A stretch of 46,223 nt of DNA. Source: a virus. Lineage: Duplodnaviria > Caudoviricetes. A program made the position numbers and the translations under genes. The notes beneath the pieces were generated by a model. It did not search any database and was not told the origin of the DNA. It saw only the letters and a program-made list of their open reading frames with translations. The DNA is taken from IMG/VR virus record IMGVR_UViG_3300038312_000302, positions 1-46,223 of that record; one strand, 5' to 3'. Shown piece after piece: positions 18,166-26,688 of this stretch; position 1 is the stretch's first letter; each line of letters starts with the position of its first letter.

Positions 18166-18564
18166 TTATAATTCTGTTTTTACATTAAAACTAGGGCACG
18201 CTTTAGCAGCAAATTCATTATGACCATGAACGGTTGCTCCGGGATATTTCTTCAAAAGATCTTGGACCAACATTCGTAGGCCCACTTTTTGATATTCTGT
18301 TCTGGTATCCTTTGGCTTCATATTATTATCAACACCACCTATATAGCAGACACCAATACTATTAGCATTTTGCCCTACAGTATGAGCACCTGCAATTTCT
18401 TCATCTCTACCTGACCACACGTGCCCGTCTAAACATACTACCCAATGGTACCCTATTTTTGAAAAGCCACGATCACGATGCCAGCGATCAATATCTTTAA
18501 CCGACACTGGTCTACCCTCAGGGGTAGCTGAACAGTGAATAATTATTTTATTTATCTTCCTCAT
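18166..18564 (-). CDS. Endolysin, N-acetylmuramoyl-L-alanine amidase (T7-lysozyme-like Amidase_2)
   Basis: IIIHCSAT, IGYHWV, GAH, NSIGVCYIGG, HGHNEF..KACPSF. Confidence 0.95.
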   Translation of the reverse strand: MRKINKIIIHCSATPEGRPVSVKDIDRWHRDRGFSKIGYHWVVCLDGHVWSGRDEEIAGAHTVGQNANSIGVCYIGGVDNNMKPKDTRTEYQKVGLRMLVQDLLKKYPGATVHGHNEFAAKACPSFNVKTEL

Positions 18565-19039
18565 TGTTGCTGTTTTTTATGCCAACCATATTCTTCAAGC
18601 GTGCAAATATCTCGGTTGATAAGAGTTCGTAAACAAAATTGATGGCCTGACTTTTTGGATAAACCTGCCTGGCGTTTTTGAATATATTTGTCAAGTAAAA
18701 GTAAATGACAATCATTGTAATCCACTTTACAGCCGTAATACCCATTTGCGGTTCACCCATACGCCTTGAGCCATAGTCAAGAAAAACTACTAATGTTGCC
18801 CAGAAGGTCAACTGAGTTATTGCATTAAATGCTTTCTTAATGTCGAAGTGAGCCTTGTTTACATGAATGTCAGTAACTATACCGGTGATGATGTTAAACA
18901 CAAAACCAAGCGAGAGTAAAACGAGGATGTCTTGTACCGGTAATAAAGCCGAGCCTATGCCGGCAATGATTATATATCCTAATTCCTTGGCTCTAACAAA
19001 AACGTCTTCCATAATGCTTGCTTTATTTAGTCGGTCCAT
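18548..19039 (-). CDS. Holin-like membrane protein
   Basis: Three to four hydrophobic segments; overlaps the endolysin start. Confidence 0.75.
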   Translation of the reverse strand: MDRLNKASIMEDVFVRAKELGYIIIAGIGSALLPVQDILVLLSLGFVFNIITGIVTDIHVNKAHFDIKKAFNAITQLTFWATLVVFLDYGSRRMGEPQMGITAVKWITMIVIYFYLTNIFKNARQVYPKSQAINFVYELLSTEIFARLKNMVGIKNSNNEEDK

Positions 19040-19051
19040 CGTTTTTTATTT

Positions 19052-19086
19052 CAAATTTCGTGTAAAATCATACCATTTCAAGGGAC
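19052..19086 (-). promoter_or_regulatory. Putative late promoter GTCC-N27-TTTG (lysis/tail operon)
   Basis: Exact spacing shared with three other late operons. Confidence 0.65.
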
Positions 19087-19096
19087 AAAATAAAAG

Positions 19097-19687
19097 TTAC
19101 TTCTCGATGAAAAGATTTGTAGCATTGATTTGCATTGTTGCAGAATAATCTGCTACCAGATCGGCCAATTGAGGAAGGCGACGTTCTATCACCGGATCAA
19201 ACCAAAGAATTGGTTGACGGTTGCCGGTGCCTTGGAGACCTGCACTATTGGCTGCACGACTTTTCATTGTGCCGTGACGGTCGATCCATCGTCCTCCGAT
19301 CATCCCACCTTGACCACGACCAGCACCCCGGTGTATGTAGACTCCTTCGCGAACAAATGAAAAGCCTACACGATTGACCTCTTTGGAGTATTTATTATCG
19401 TAATATAAATTTGCTTTTAGGGAATCGGAAAGTGAGACATCACGTCTGACCAGAGATTTTATTGACCCCCGGAGTGCTTGTTTACTTTTTTCGCTCCAAT
19501 CTTCTACTTCTTGATTGAATTGCTTCATTGCAGATTTGTCCTGTGCACGCTGAAACTTATCAACCTCTGAACTGCTTTCGAGAGAGAGTTCAAAGGGCAA
19601 GTAGGCAGAACGACGAGATGCACGGAGCTGATTAGTGAGCTTACGTGCATATTGACCTTGTTCTCTTAATTTTTTATAATAACCCAT
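19097..19687 (-). CDS. Putative neck/tail completion protein
   Basis: 196 aa basic protein; position in the portal operon. Confidence 0.45.
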   Translation of the reverse strand: MGYYKKLREQGQYARKLTNQLRASRRSAYLPFELSLESSSEVDKFQRAQDKSAMKQFNQEVEDWSEKSKQALRGSIKSLVRRDVSLSDSLKANLYYDNKYSKEVNRVGFSFVREGVYIHRGAGRGQGGMIGGRWIDRHGTMKSRAANSAGLQGTGNRQPILWFDPVIERRLPQLADLVADYSATMQINATNLFIEK

Positions 19688-19688
19688 A

Positions 19689-20180
19689 TTATTTCCACAT
19701 TGCTGGATTCAACTTATAATTTACTCCTTCGTCAAGATAGAAATCGAGGATCACTCCGTAGAAGAGATCCCCGATCGGTCCGAAGCCATACATCGGCAAA
19801 GAACTCATATCTATTTTATCGCAACCGTCTATATATTTACTATAATCGTGCAACATGCGAGCTATAACTTCAATCATTACCTCTTTACAAGCTTCTTGTG
19901 CCTGAAAGATTGTATCAGTATCTGTTGATTTAGTTTGCTTAACAATTACTATACTGTAGCCAGGTCTTTCAATAAGTGAGTCGGTATTGTTAAGTGAAAA
20001 ATCACTTATTGCACCATCTATAGCAATCATTATCATACCGTGAGCCCTTGATATTTTTTCATTTAGCTCCTTAAGCTCACTACGCTCTGTTGCACGGAAA
20101 AAATGGCAATCGGTATCCGTGTGAGAGATAGGGACCAATTGCCTGGCTAGCTTTTCTGAATATTTAAAATGATCGTACAT
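19689..20180 (-). CDS. Putative tail terminator-like protein
   Basis: 163 aa; position only. Confidence 0.45.
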   Translation of the reverse strand: MYDHFKYSEKLARQLVPISHTDTDCHFFRATERSELKELNEKISRAHGMIMIAIDGAISDFSLNNTDSLIERPGYSIVIVKQTKSTDTDTIFQAQEACKEVMIEVIARMLHDYSKYIDGCDKIDMSSLPMYGFGPIGDLFYGVILDFYLDEGVNYKLNPAMWK

Positions 20181-20182
20181 TA

Positions 20183-20986
20183 TTACTGCTTTTTGTGTTT
20201 TTTACTTTCTTTCTCATAATTCTCGATCCGAATAGAAGCCATTTCCATTGAATATAGAGCGTCATATAGGAGAGATTGACGAACCTGATTTTTCTTGGTT
20301 ACGTCTCCCTCGGCAAGTGAGTCAATAACTCGTTGCTGATAATCGAAAACGTTAGTGTTTGAGTCGTCACCGGAGGGTTTAAATACATGTGGAAATTGCA
20401 ACTGGATAAATGACATTGTGCCTTGTATGTACCACAGGATAGCGGCCTTGACTGATTTTCGCATACGACGAACGGTCCGCACCTCATGTTCCCCATCGCT
20501 ATTGGTATACAAAACATTTATCAGCTGATCAAGAGCATCCGGATCCACATTTAATTGGCTTTGCCATGTCTGCAGCCAAACAAATTGCTCATAAGTTATA
20601 TCTTCCAGGGCATCACCGGGACCGCGAAGCGACTTACCCCTGCTCTTAACGTGTTTGAAGTGGTTAATTGTGATCTTGGGGGCTATGCTACGAATATTAT
20701 CGTCGTTTATCTCGAATAGGTAGTCAAACACTTCCAGTACAGCGGTAAGTTCGTCTGCAAACAGAGGATGCCGCCCTTGCTTCGTCTTAATCACGAAAAG
20801 GCCATTGCCGATATCCTTACTTACTGTACCTCGAATGCAGTGCAGGAAAAACTTTAATTGAATTTCCACATAGGTAAGATTTTCCCGACTGGAAAGTTTC
20901 ACCAGGAACATGAACTGCGTTTTAGTCATTTCATTCCAACTGGCCGGCACTTTGTAAACTGCGTCTTGTATGTTAATCTTTATCAT
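20183..20986 (-). CDS. Phage hypothetical protein (possible tail assembly factor)
   Basis: 267 aa, VPASWNEMT N-terminus; coupled to the upstream gene. Confidence 0.55.
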   Translation of the reverse strand: MIKINIQDAVYKVPASWNEMTKTQFMFLVKLSSRENLTYVEIQLKFFLHCIRGTVSKDIGNGLFVIKTKQGRHPLFADELTAVLEVFDYLFEINDDNIRSIAPKITINHFKHVKSRGKSLRGPGDALEDITYEQFVWLQTWQSQLNVDPDALDQLINVLYTNSDGEHEVRTVRRMRKSVKAAILWYIQGTMSFIQLQFPHVFKPSGDDSNTNVFDYQQRVIDSLAEGDVTKKNQVRQSLLYDALYSMEMASIRIENYEKESKKHKKQ

Positions 20987-21888
20987 GATCTGCTTGCTGT
21001 TGCTACAAATATTCTACGTTCCGAAGAGTTGTATTTTACAATACCTTCATCGGCTTCTTTCTTCTCAGCTGCAACCAAGGCTTCATCAAGTGTACTTCTC
21101 CAATAAGCTGCCTGTTCATCAAAATAGTTACCGGTATATTCTAAATCGCTGTATAATGGACGTATTACAGGCTTGAATTCGAGTTGAGATTGAGCATTAG
21201 TGGTTCGCTGTGTTTTGGTTGTTTGCGAGGTGTGTAGTGCAGCTACACGTGATCCGGTATAAGCCTGCATTGCACTGGTGATCTCTTCTGATGCTGTTTT
21301 ATCGAAACTGGCCCTCATTTCTTCAGGTAAAAGTTTGAATGTTTCACTCATCTCTATGCGTTTTACAAGCATACGCAGGTGATGAAATGTCAGGGGGCTG
21401 TTATTGATGTCAACCAATCCTTTTTCCTGAAACTCTGCTCCATTATCAAACAATTTTGTACCTGTCGACAACTCTGCTGTTGCCCACTCAGGATATAGAT
21501 CTTTGTTTGAGTGAAGATATCTGAGTGCATTATCCAGATTACTCCATCCACGGTTGAAAAGGCTTTCAGTTGCTTTTGCAATTTTGGAATCTGATGCAGG
21601 TGCCGAGGTCTGACTACGAGTAACTGTATGTCCACTTTCACCAAAATTGATACTGAATTCATCTGTTGCAAGTGCCATTGAGAATGGAGCCAATGCACGA
21701 CAGAGATATGTTTTCAGCTTATCTGCTGTTTCCACGTTCAGTTTATCGATTAATTCCTGTCCAACATAAGGTCTTATGTATTTGTCCTGGGCATCAATAA
21801 TGAATTGACTGAACATCTCAAAATCAATACTCTTGTTAACCCTTATATACTTCTGAAGATCTTCTATTGTATTAATTAGTGCTTCCAT
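20983..21888 (-). CDS. Putative head-tail adaptor
   Basis: 301 aa helical protein directly after the portal gene. Confidence 0.55.
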   Translation of the reverse strand: MEALINTIEDLQKYIRVNKSIDFEMFSQFIIDAQDKYIRPYVGQELIDKLNVETADKLKTYLCRALAPFSMALATDEFSINFGESGHTVTRSQTSAPASDSKIAKATESLFNRGWSNLDNALRYLHSNKDLYPEWATAELSTGTKLFDNGAEFQEKGLVDINNSPLTFHHLRMLVKRIEMSETFKLLPEEMRASFDKTASEEITSAMQAYTGSRVAALHTSQTTKTQRTTNAQSQLEFKPVIRPLYSDLEYTGNYFDEQAAYWRSTLDEALVAAEKKEADEGIVKYNSSERRIFVATASRS

Positions 21889-21891
21889 AAT

Positions 21892-23301
21892 TTATACTTT
21901 TTCGTTACCTATTTGTTTTTCTGCACCGGTGTTTTTGTCAAGAGTTGTCAGCATGATGTTTGGTATTATGAAATCGATATCTGCAGGCCAACCGTTAATT
22001 GCCTTGACTATTTTGAGAGGTTGGATGAGTAACTCTCTAACCGGTTTCATAAGACTCTGCTTGATGATGAAAAGCTCACGTGCTTCGGTACCGTTGATGT
22101 TTTTTGATTTGCCAGGACTGGCTCCCTGAAGGCTAGGATGAACTCCCATTGCGTAGCAAATAGCATTACTGGCCTCTTCGCTGTCTTCGATATATTCACC
22201 ACCTTTTATGAAGCTTTCAATTGGAGTTATTTTAATGTCTGACTTTTCGATGTTTTTTTCAAAGGATCCATAGTCGATTTCAGAAGCTAGGTTTTTACCC
22301 GCATTCTCTTTGCCCGATAAGAAATCTTCTAGTTGCTGGTAGAACTGCTTTTGACGTTCTGCCTGTTTTTTCTTGTCTGTTATACCCTCTTTTTTATACA
22401 GATCGTCAAAAAAACCTTTGCGGATCTGGATGTGGTATTTTATAACCATCTGATTACTTATCAGATTCATTTTGAACTCAGGGATGGCGCAACTCAGATC
22501 GTACCAATGACTTTCGAAGATTGACCACCAATATGCTTTTTGATAGTAGAATTTACCCGGAGATGGTTTTCCTATGTGCATGATGAAGCGACGATCATCA
22601 ACTTTTTTCTTTTTTCCATCTAAGCCTGGCTTAAAACCCATGCGTACTTTAAGGTCATGGAGCGGATTGTCATAGTCAAGCAGTGGAGTTAAAACAACAT
22701 CATCCTGTGTGTCTCCGGCCCATTTTGCACTATAGCAGTGGTACTCTATTTCTCCATTACTGTTCATTACTGAAAGTCGACTGAAAGCAGCTTCCTTAAA
22801 TCGCATTTGTACTATTTTAGTGCCGGGCTTGTTGAAGATGAATTCAACGAATGCATTATGAAGTAATGAAAGATCTGCTACCAACTCCTGTTGAATTAAT
22901 GGGTAGTTATTATCGTCAATGAAGTCGAAGATCTCTTTTATTTCTTTATTTGTATCTGACCGCTGAAGTGGTATGTTTGTAACCTTACCAGTTGAATCGT
23001 CAATACTTTGTCGCACGGGGATAGCCGTTTCTCCGTGTCCCATATTTCCGTTAAATTCAAGGTTTGATGCAACTATGTTATTCTTGAATGCATATTTGAT
23101 TAGCTTATCCGGTAAGTCATTATCAACTCCCCATGGGTATACAGGAATTTCCTTCGACTTTCCCTTAGGACTTACTGTCACCTTATTGTCATCTGTGGCG
23201 TCGGCTGTCAAACCAACCCCGGCTGCTTTATTTGATAAGAACTCGGTGACTATTGCCGGAGACTCTCCTTCTAAGATTGCGTAATTGTCAAATACTTTCA
23301 T
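21892..23301 (-). CDS. Portal protein
   Basis: 469 aa; PWGVDNDLP, FLSGKENAGK, ICYAMGVHPSLQG..PG patterns typical of Bacteroidetes phage portals. Confidence 0.8.
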   Translation of the reverse strand: MKVFDNYAILEGESPAIVTEFLSNKAAGVGLTADATDDNKVTVSPKGKSKEIPVYPWGVDNDLPDKLIKYAFKNNIVASNLEFNGNMGHGETAIPVRQSIDDSTGKVTNIPLQRSDTNKEIKEIFDFIDDNNYPLIQQELVADLSLLHNAFVEFIFNKPGTKIVQMRFKEAAFSRLSVMNSNGEIEYHCYSAKWAGDTQDDVVLTPLLDYDNPLHDLKVRMGFKPGLDGKKKKVDDRRFIMHIGKPSPGKFYYQKAYWWSIFESHWYDLSCAIPEFKMNLISNQMVIKYHIQIRKGFFDDLYKKEGITDKKKQAERQKQFYQQLEDFLSGKENAGKNLASEIDYGSFEKNIEKSDIKITPIESFIKGGEYIEDSEEASNAICYAMGVHPSLQGASPGKSKNINGTEARELFIIKQSLMKPVRELLIQPLKIVKAINGWPADIDFIIPNIMLTTLDKNTGAEKQIGNEKV

Positions 23302-23549
23302 AGATATACTCTTATATGGTTGAATTCAATTATTGTTATACGACGTATTTTTCGAGGGTAGTATTCACCTTCAGGCATTACATTAAGTGTATCTCCGGAT
23401 GAATGAAATGAAGTGAGTACGCAACTTATATATTCACGTATCTCGCCATTTTGTTTGACGAATTTAACCTGGAATGGAAGGCGTTTGCCATCCTTTCCAA
23501 TTCTCTCCATCATTTCCCAAATTCGGGATTGCTTAATTAATTTACTCAT
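23298..23549 (-). CDS. Hypothetical protein (83 aa) coupled to portal
   Basis: Start MSKLIK; the ORF-track TTG start lies inside the promoter motif. Confidence 0.7.
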   Translation of the reverse strand: MSKLIKQSRIWEMMERIGKDGKRLPFQVKFVKQNGEIREYISCVLTSFHSSGDTLNVMPEGEYYPRKIRRITIIEFNHIRVYL

Positions 23550-23567
23550 CGCGATTGTTTTACAATG

Positions 23568-23602
23568 CAAAACAACCGCTTTTCGGGTGGAAGATAAAGG
23601 AC
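23568..23602 (-). promoter_or_regulatory. Putative late promoter GTCC-N27-TTTG (portal operon)
   Basis: Exact spacing shared with three other late operons. Confidence 0.65.
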
Positions 23603-23630
23603 AAAAAAAAGCTGCCCATGAATGGACAGC
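23603..23630 (-). terminator. Intrinsic terminator closing the element-2 cassette
   Basis: Minus strand GCTGTCCATTCATGGGCAGC followed by T8. Confidence 0.75.
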
Positions 23631-23659
23631 CTATTTTTACAGTGTTTTGAGAAACATAG

Positions 23660-23794
23660 TCATGTTTCGGGTAGCAGAAGCGTTATCAACTCTCTTAATC
23701 GATCATAAGACTCAAGACGTTCTTTCTCATTCTTGCTTTTGAGAAGAGTGTCTAACCAGCCTAATGCTTTTGTTACTGTGATTGATTTACTCAT
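23660..23794 (-). CDS. Unannotated 44-aa peptide (48 aa from ATG 23806), paralog of 2096-2239
   Basis: MSKSITVTKALGWLDTLLKSKNEKERLESYDRLRELITLLLPET; only ORF between RNA element 2 and a terminator. Confidence 0.75.
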   Translation of the reverse strand: MSKSITVTKALGWLDTLLKSKNEKERLESYDRLRELITLLLPET

Positions 23795-23838
23795 TCTGTA
23801 ATGCATTTGAAATGAATATATAGGCAGGAAATAAATAA

Positions 23839-23911
23839 GGTCCTACCTCCCCGTTGCATTACACCTATCATAGGCAGTGGAGGCATTAACACACCACACG
23901 GGAGTAGGACC
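23839..23911 (-). ncRNA. Structured RNA element 2 (putative C4/CI-like antisense RNA)
   Basis: Outer stem GGTCCTAC/GTAGGACC, CCCGT/ACGGG, inner GTGG/CCAC around GGCATTAAC; homologous to 2748-2821. Confidence 0.7.
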
Positions 23912-23982
23912 AGTCTATTAAATGAGCTTAACGCTCTCCTTAATTACGGATCACTCGCCTATGAATAAGATGTAATGCACTG

Positions 23983-24013
23983 CAAAGATCGTAAATGTTT
24001 CGACAGACACAAA
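23983..24013 (-). promoter_or_regulatory. Sigma-A-like promoter for element 2
   Basis: TTTG-N19-GATCTTTG, same geometry as the element 1 promoter. Confidence 0.55.
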
Positions 24014-24072
24014 AAAAATCCAGAGCTACCTTTTCAGTGTATCTCTGGATGATCATAAGTTAAGGTTGTTTA

Positions 24073-24531
24073 TTATTTCCTTTTGATTGCCATACCGGTA
24101 GCAATGTACATAGATGGCCTTAGAACATTGCCATACTTATCATATGTACCGGAGACATATTCTGTCTTTAGATTAATCAATCCATCTGCACCAACATCTG
24201 CAGCTGCAAATACAAGATCCTCGACTACATCATCTATAGTTGCACTGATATAATCGCCATATTTATTGTTAGATGATCTTGTATGATAGTAGACATCATC
24301 AGTCTGATCACCCTTAGTCCCTATAACTTCATATCCACTTTCTATTATAGCAGACAAACTACCGAGTGGTTCATAATCAAAACTGACCGAGTTAGATTCA
24401 GTAATAAAGAATCCCTGTGAGGTATATTTTTCAAAGTCTACTACTGTTGAATAACGGTTGTAGGGATGTTTCACTAAAACACACGAAGACAACAATGCTG
24501 TTAATAAAATAAATACTAAATAATTTTTCAT
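24073..24531 (-). CDS. Lipoprotein moron, YbjQ/UPF0145-like fold
   Basis: Lipobox LSSC; YEPLG..., A..VGADGLINLK, ATGMAIK pattern. Confidence 0.7.
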   Translation of the reverse strand: MKNYLVFILLTALLSSCVLVKHPYNRYSTVVDFEKYTSQGFFITESNSVSFDYEPLGSLSAIIESGYEVIGTKGDQTDDVYYHTRSSNNKYGDYISATIDDVVEDLVFAAADVGADGLINLKTEYVSGTYDKYGNVLRPSMYIATGMAIKRK

Positions 24532-24549
24532 GACTTAAACTATTTTTTA

Positions 24550-24581
24550 CAAATGTAATGAATATGAATATATAGTGCAAA
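24550..24581 (-). promoter_or_regulatory. Consensus Bacteroidetes promoter for the lipoprotein
   Basis: TTTG-N20-TACATTTG. Confidence 0.7.
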
Positions 24582-24719
24582 TGCACTCTCAAAATACATC
24601 TTATACGTGCGATGCTTTTTGAGGGCGGGCGTAAATTTTAACATTTGGCATATTACGGCATTTTTCGAAAGTGCTTTTGCAAGTTTTCCTTAGGGCGGTG
24701 CGTGGTCTATTGACTGGGA

Positions 24720-24741
24720 TAAGGGAAAATATTTTCCCTTA
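24720..24741. repeat. Perfect 22-bp palindrome
   Basis: TAAGGGAAAATATTTTCCCTTA. Confidence 0.85.
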
Positions 24742-25171
24742 ACAACCCTTTTTGGCTGACTGCCTGATACATAACTTTTCGAAAATGAAAATACCGTGAG
24801 CCGCTTTTACTTTTATTTAACATCTCTTTGGTTATCAGAACATTAAGAGCCTTTTTAGTAGGTTTTGAGGGTGTTTTATTTTGAAACGCACATTTTTAAC
24901 TTTTCTAAGTTAAAAGACGTAATAGAGCGAATTATTAATGTTTGGGTAGATGTTATTTTCATGATGCTTAAAACTTAATTAATGACAGCTAACAGCTTGT
25001 TGCTTATGTAGTTATAATTTTGTATCTTGCATATAAGAAAAGGCAGTGAAAGTTTGGAGACCGTCAACCGCCTTTTCAATGTTCAAAATTTTACTAATCT
25101 TTTAAACAGTTCAAAGGTATGAAAAAAGAATCAGCTAAGCAAGTGCAGGAAGCAGAGAAAGGAGGCAAGCA

Positions 25172-25417
25172 ATGACAAAGAAAATTAAAGTTTGCCGTAA
25201 ATGGTCGGGGAGTAAATCAGTGCCGAGCGTGAATCTTCAGGGTATTTATTTACAGGAGTATAATTTTAATATAGGTGATAGCGTGCGGGTAGAGTTTTAC
25301 CGGGACGAGATCCGGATAAAAAAAATGAATGCACGGCAGATCTTACGGCATATGGCCGAAGAAAACCCGGCAGTCTCAGAATTAGTTAGAGAGTTCAACT
25401 GCCAAATTTGCGATTAA
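25172..25417 (+). CDS. symE: SymE-family (AbrB-fold) toxin-like protein
   Basis: VPSVNLQGIYLQEYNFNIGDSVRV matches the SymE P.I.L.G.WL...GF..G..V.V pattern. Confidence 0.65.
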   Translation: MTKKIKVCRKWSGSKSVPSVNLQGIYLQEYNFNIGDSVRVEFYRDEIRIKKMNARQILRHMAEENPAVSELVREFNCQICD

Positions 25418-25602
25418 TGTAATCGTTTTATTGCCTGAGCGGGTCCCTGGATAGGGATCCTCTCGGGCGCTTCTTTCTTTGACCGGGCAAAGAAAGAAGC
25501 AAAGTAACCCGGAATCACCAGCTAAATCAGATAGATTATAGGGTGATGGGAATTTTCTTCTAGAAAATATGTTGTATAACATGCAAAATAGTTACGTTTA
25601 TA

Positions 25603-25634
25603 TTTGCTATGTATCAAAATTGATACTATCTTAG
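25603..25634 (+). promoter_or_regulatory. Promoter with operator palindrome for the helicase-ibr operon
   Basis: TTTG-N20-TATCTTAG with GTATCAA-AA-TTGATAC (25611-25626) in the spacer. Confidence 0.55.
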
Positions 25635-25693
25635 CAGTATTAAATTTTACTAATCATTAAACCCGGCGGCAACGGATAAGCGGCGTAAAATAA

Positions 25694-26086
25694 ATGAAAA
25701 ATATCATCGTAATTAATGAAGTGGACTGTTACTTAGGTAACGCATGGAAAACAAAGTATGCTACTCACAGTGCTGTTCAACATCAAATTTTAGTTAATAA
25801 CAACCCTCTAGGTCGAAGAAACAAGGTGTCTGACGATGACAGAGGCGAGCGAATTGCATTTACAAGAGAAGTTCCACAAGAGTTTGTAGATTTTTTCCAA
25901 CAAGCTGAAGTGCTATGTTGGAAAATGAAATCTGAGCACTGCAAATCTATTGAAGAGTATAACGCAGCGGCTGAATTCAACAAGCCTATTAAAGAAAACT
26001 TAGACTTGGTTATTAGTGAAATGTACGCAATTGAAGATTTGGGCTTAAGCTACAACGAGTTTAAGGGAATATTGCTTTACATATGA
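25694..26086 (+). CDS. Hypothetical protein
   Basis: 130 aa; ATGA-coupled to the next gene. Confidence 0.7.
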   Translation: MKNIIVINEVDCYLGNAWKTKYATHSAVQHQILVNNNPLGRRNKVSDDDRGERIAFTREVPQEFVDFFQQAEVLCWKMKSEHCKSIEEYNAAAEFNKPIKENLDLVISEMYAIEDLGLSYNEFKGILLYI

Positions 26087-26406
26087 AAGTAAAATGTTAC
26101 TCTGTTCGCCTTGAAGCCCTGGTCGGTATATCTGACAGGGCTTACAAGGCTGTAGGGTTTGATGGATCGACGGCCATCATCCCAAAGTCGCAAGTTTTCG
26201 GGCAAGATTACGATGTGATGAAGAGTGAGGCTTTCTGGATATCGGAGTGGATTTTGGAAAAAAAATCAATCCAGTACAGCACAAAGAAAGTAGCTTGGTT
26301 TGACAGGGATTCAAAGAAAATGATACCGACATTTATAACTAAAAAGCATGTACCGGACAAAGTTGTCCCTGTTGAAAACAACGAAATTAAAGAGTTAAAA
26401 AAATAA
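26083..26406 (+). CDS. Hypothetical protein
   Basis: 107 aa, small beta-rich protein in the operon. Confidence 0.75.
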   Translation: MKVKCYSVRLEALVGISDRAYKAVGFDGSTAIIPKSQVFGQDYDVMKSEAFWISEWILEKKSIQYSTKKVAWFDRDSKKMIPTFITKKHVPDKVVPVENNEIKELKK

Positions 26407-26418
26407 AATATTTAAAAT

Positions 26419-26688
26419 ATGAAAATAGCTATTAAACACAGTACTAAAGGGTTTTTGCTATACAATAAGGATTACCCTGGTGAATTATGGACGGTTGACC
26501 ATAGTAACAGATGGATTAGAATTTTCAGTAATGTTGAGCAGGCAGAACAGTGTGCAAAAACATTGAGAAACTTAGACGGTGAGCTATTGAAAAAGGTTGA
26601 TATTATTGAAATGCTCCCAACATCTGAACCATTTCACTTTGAATCATACAATGTTGTAAAAACAATAATAAATGAAGTTGAAGAATGA
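26419..26688 (+). CDS. Hypothetical protein
   Basis: 89 aa; overlaps the helicase start. Confidence 0.65.
   Translation: MKIAIKHSTKGFLLYNKDYPGELWTVDHSNRWIRIFSNVEQAEQCAKTLRNLDGELLKKVDIIEMLPTSEPFHFESYNVVKTIINEVEE

Noticed and set aside
23413-23742. 109-aa plus-strand ORF across the element-2 cassette
   Set aside because: Runs antisense through a gene, a promoter and a terminator; the minus-strand peptide has paralog support instead
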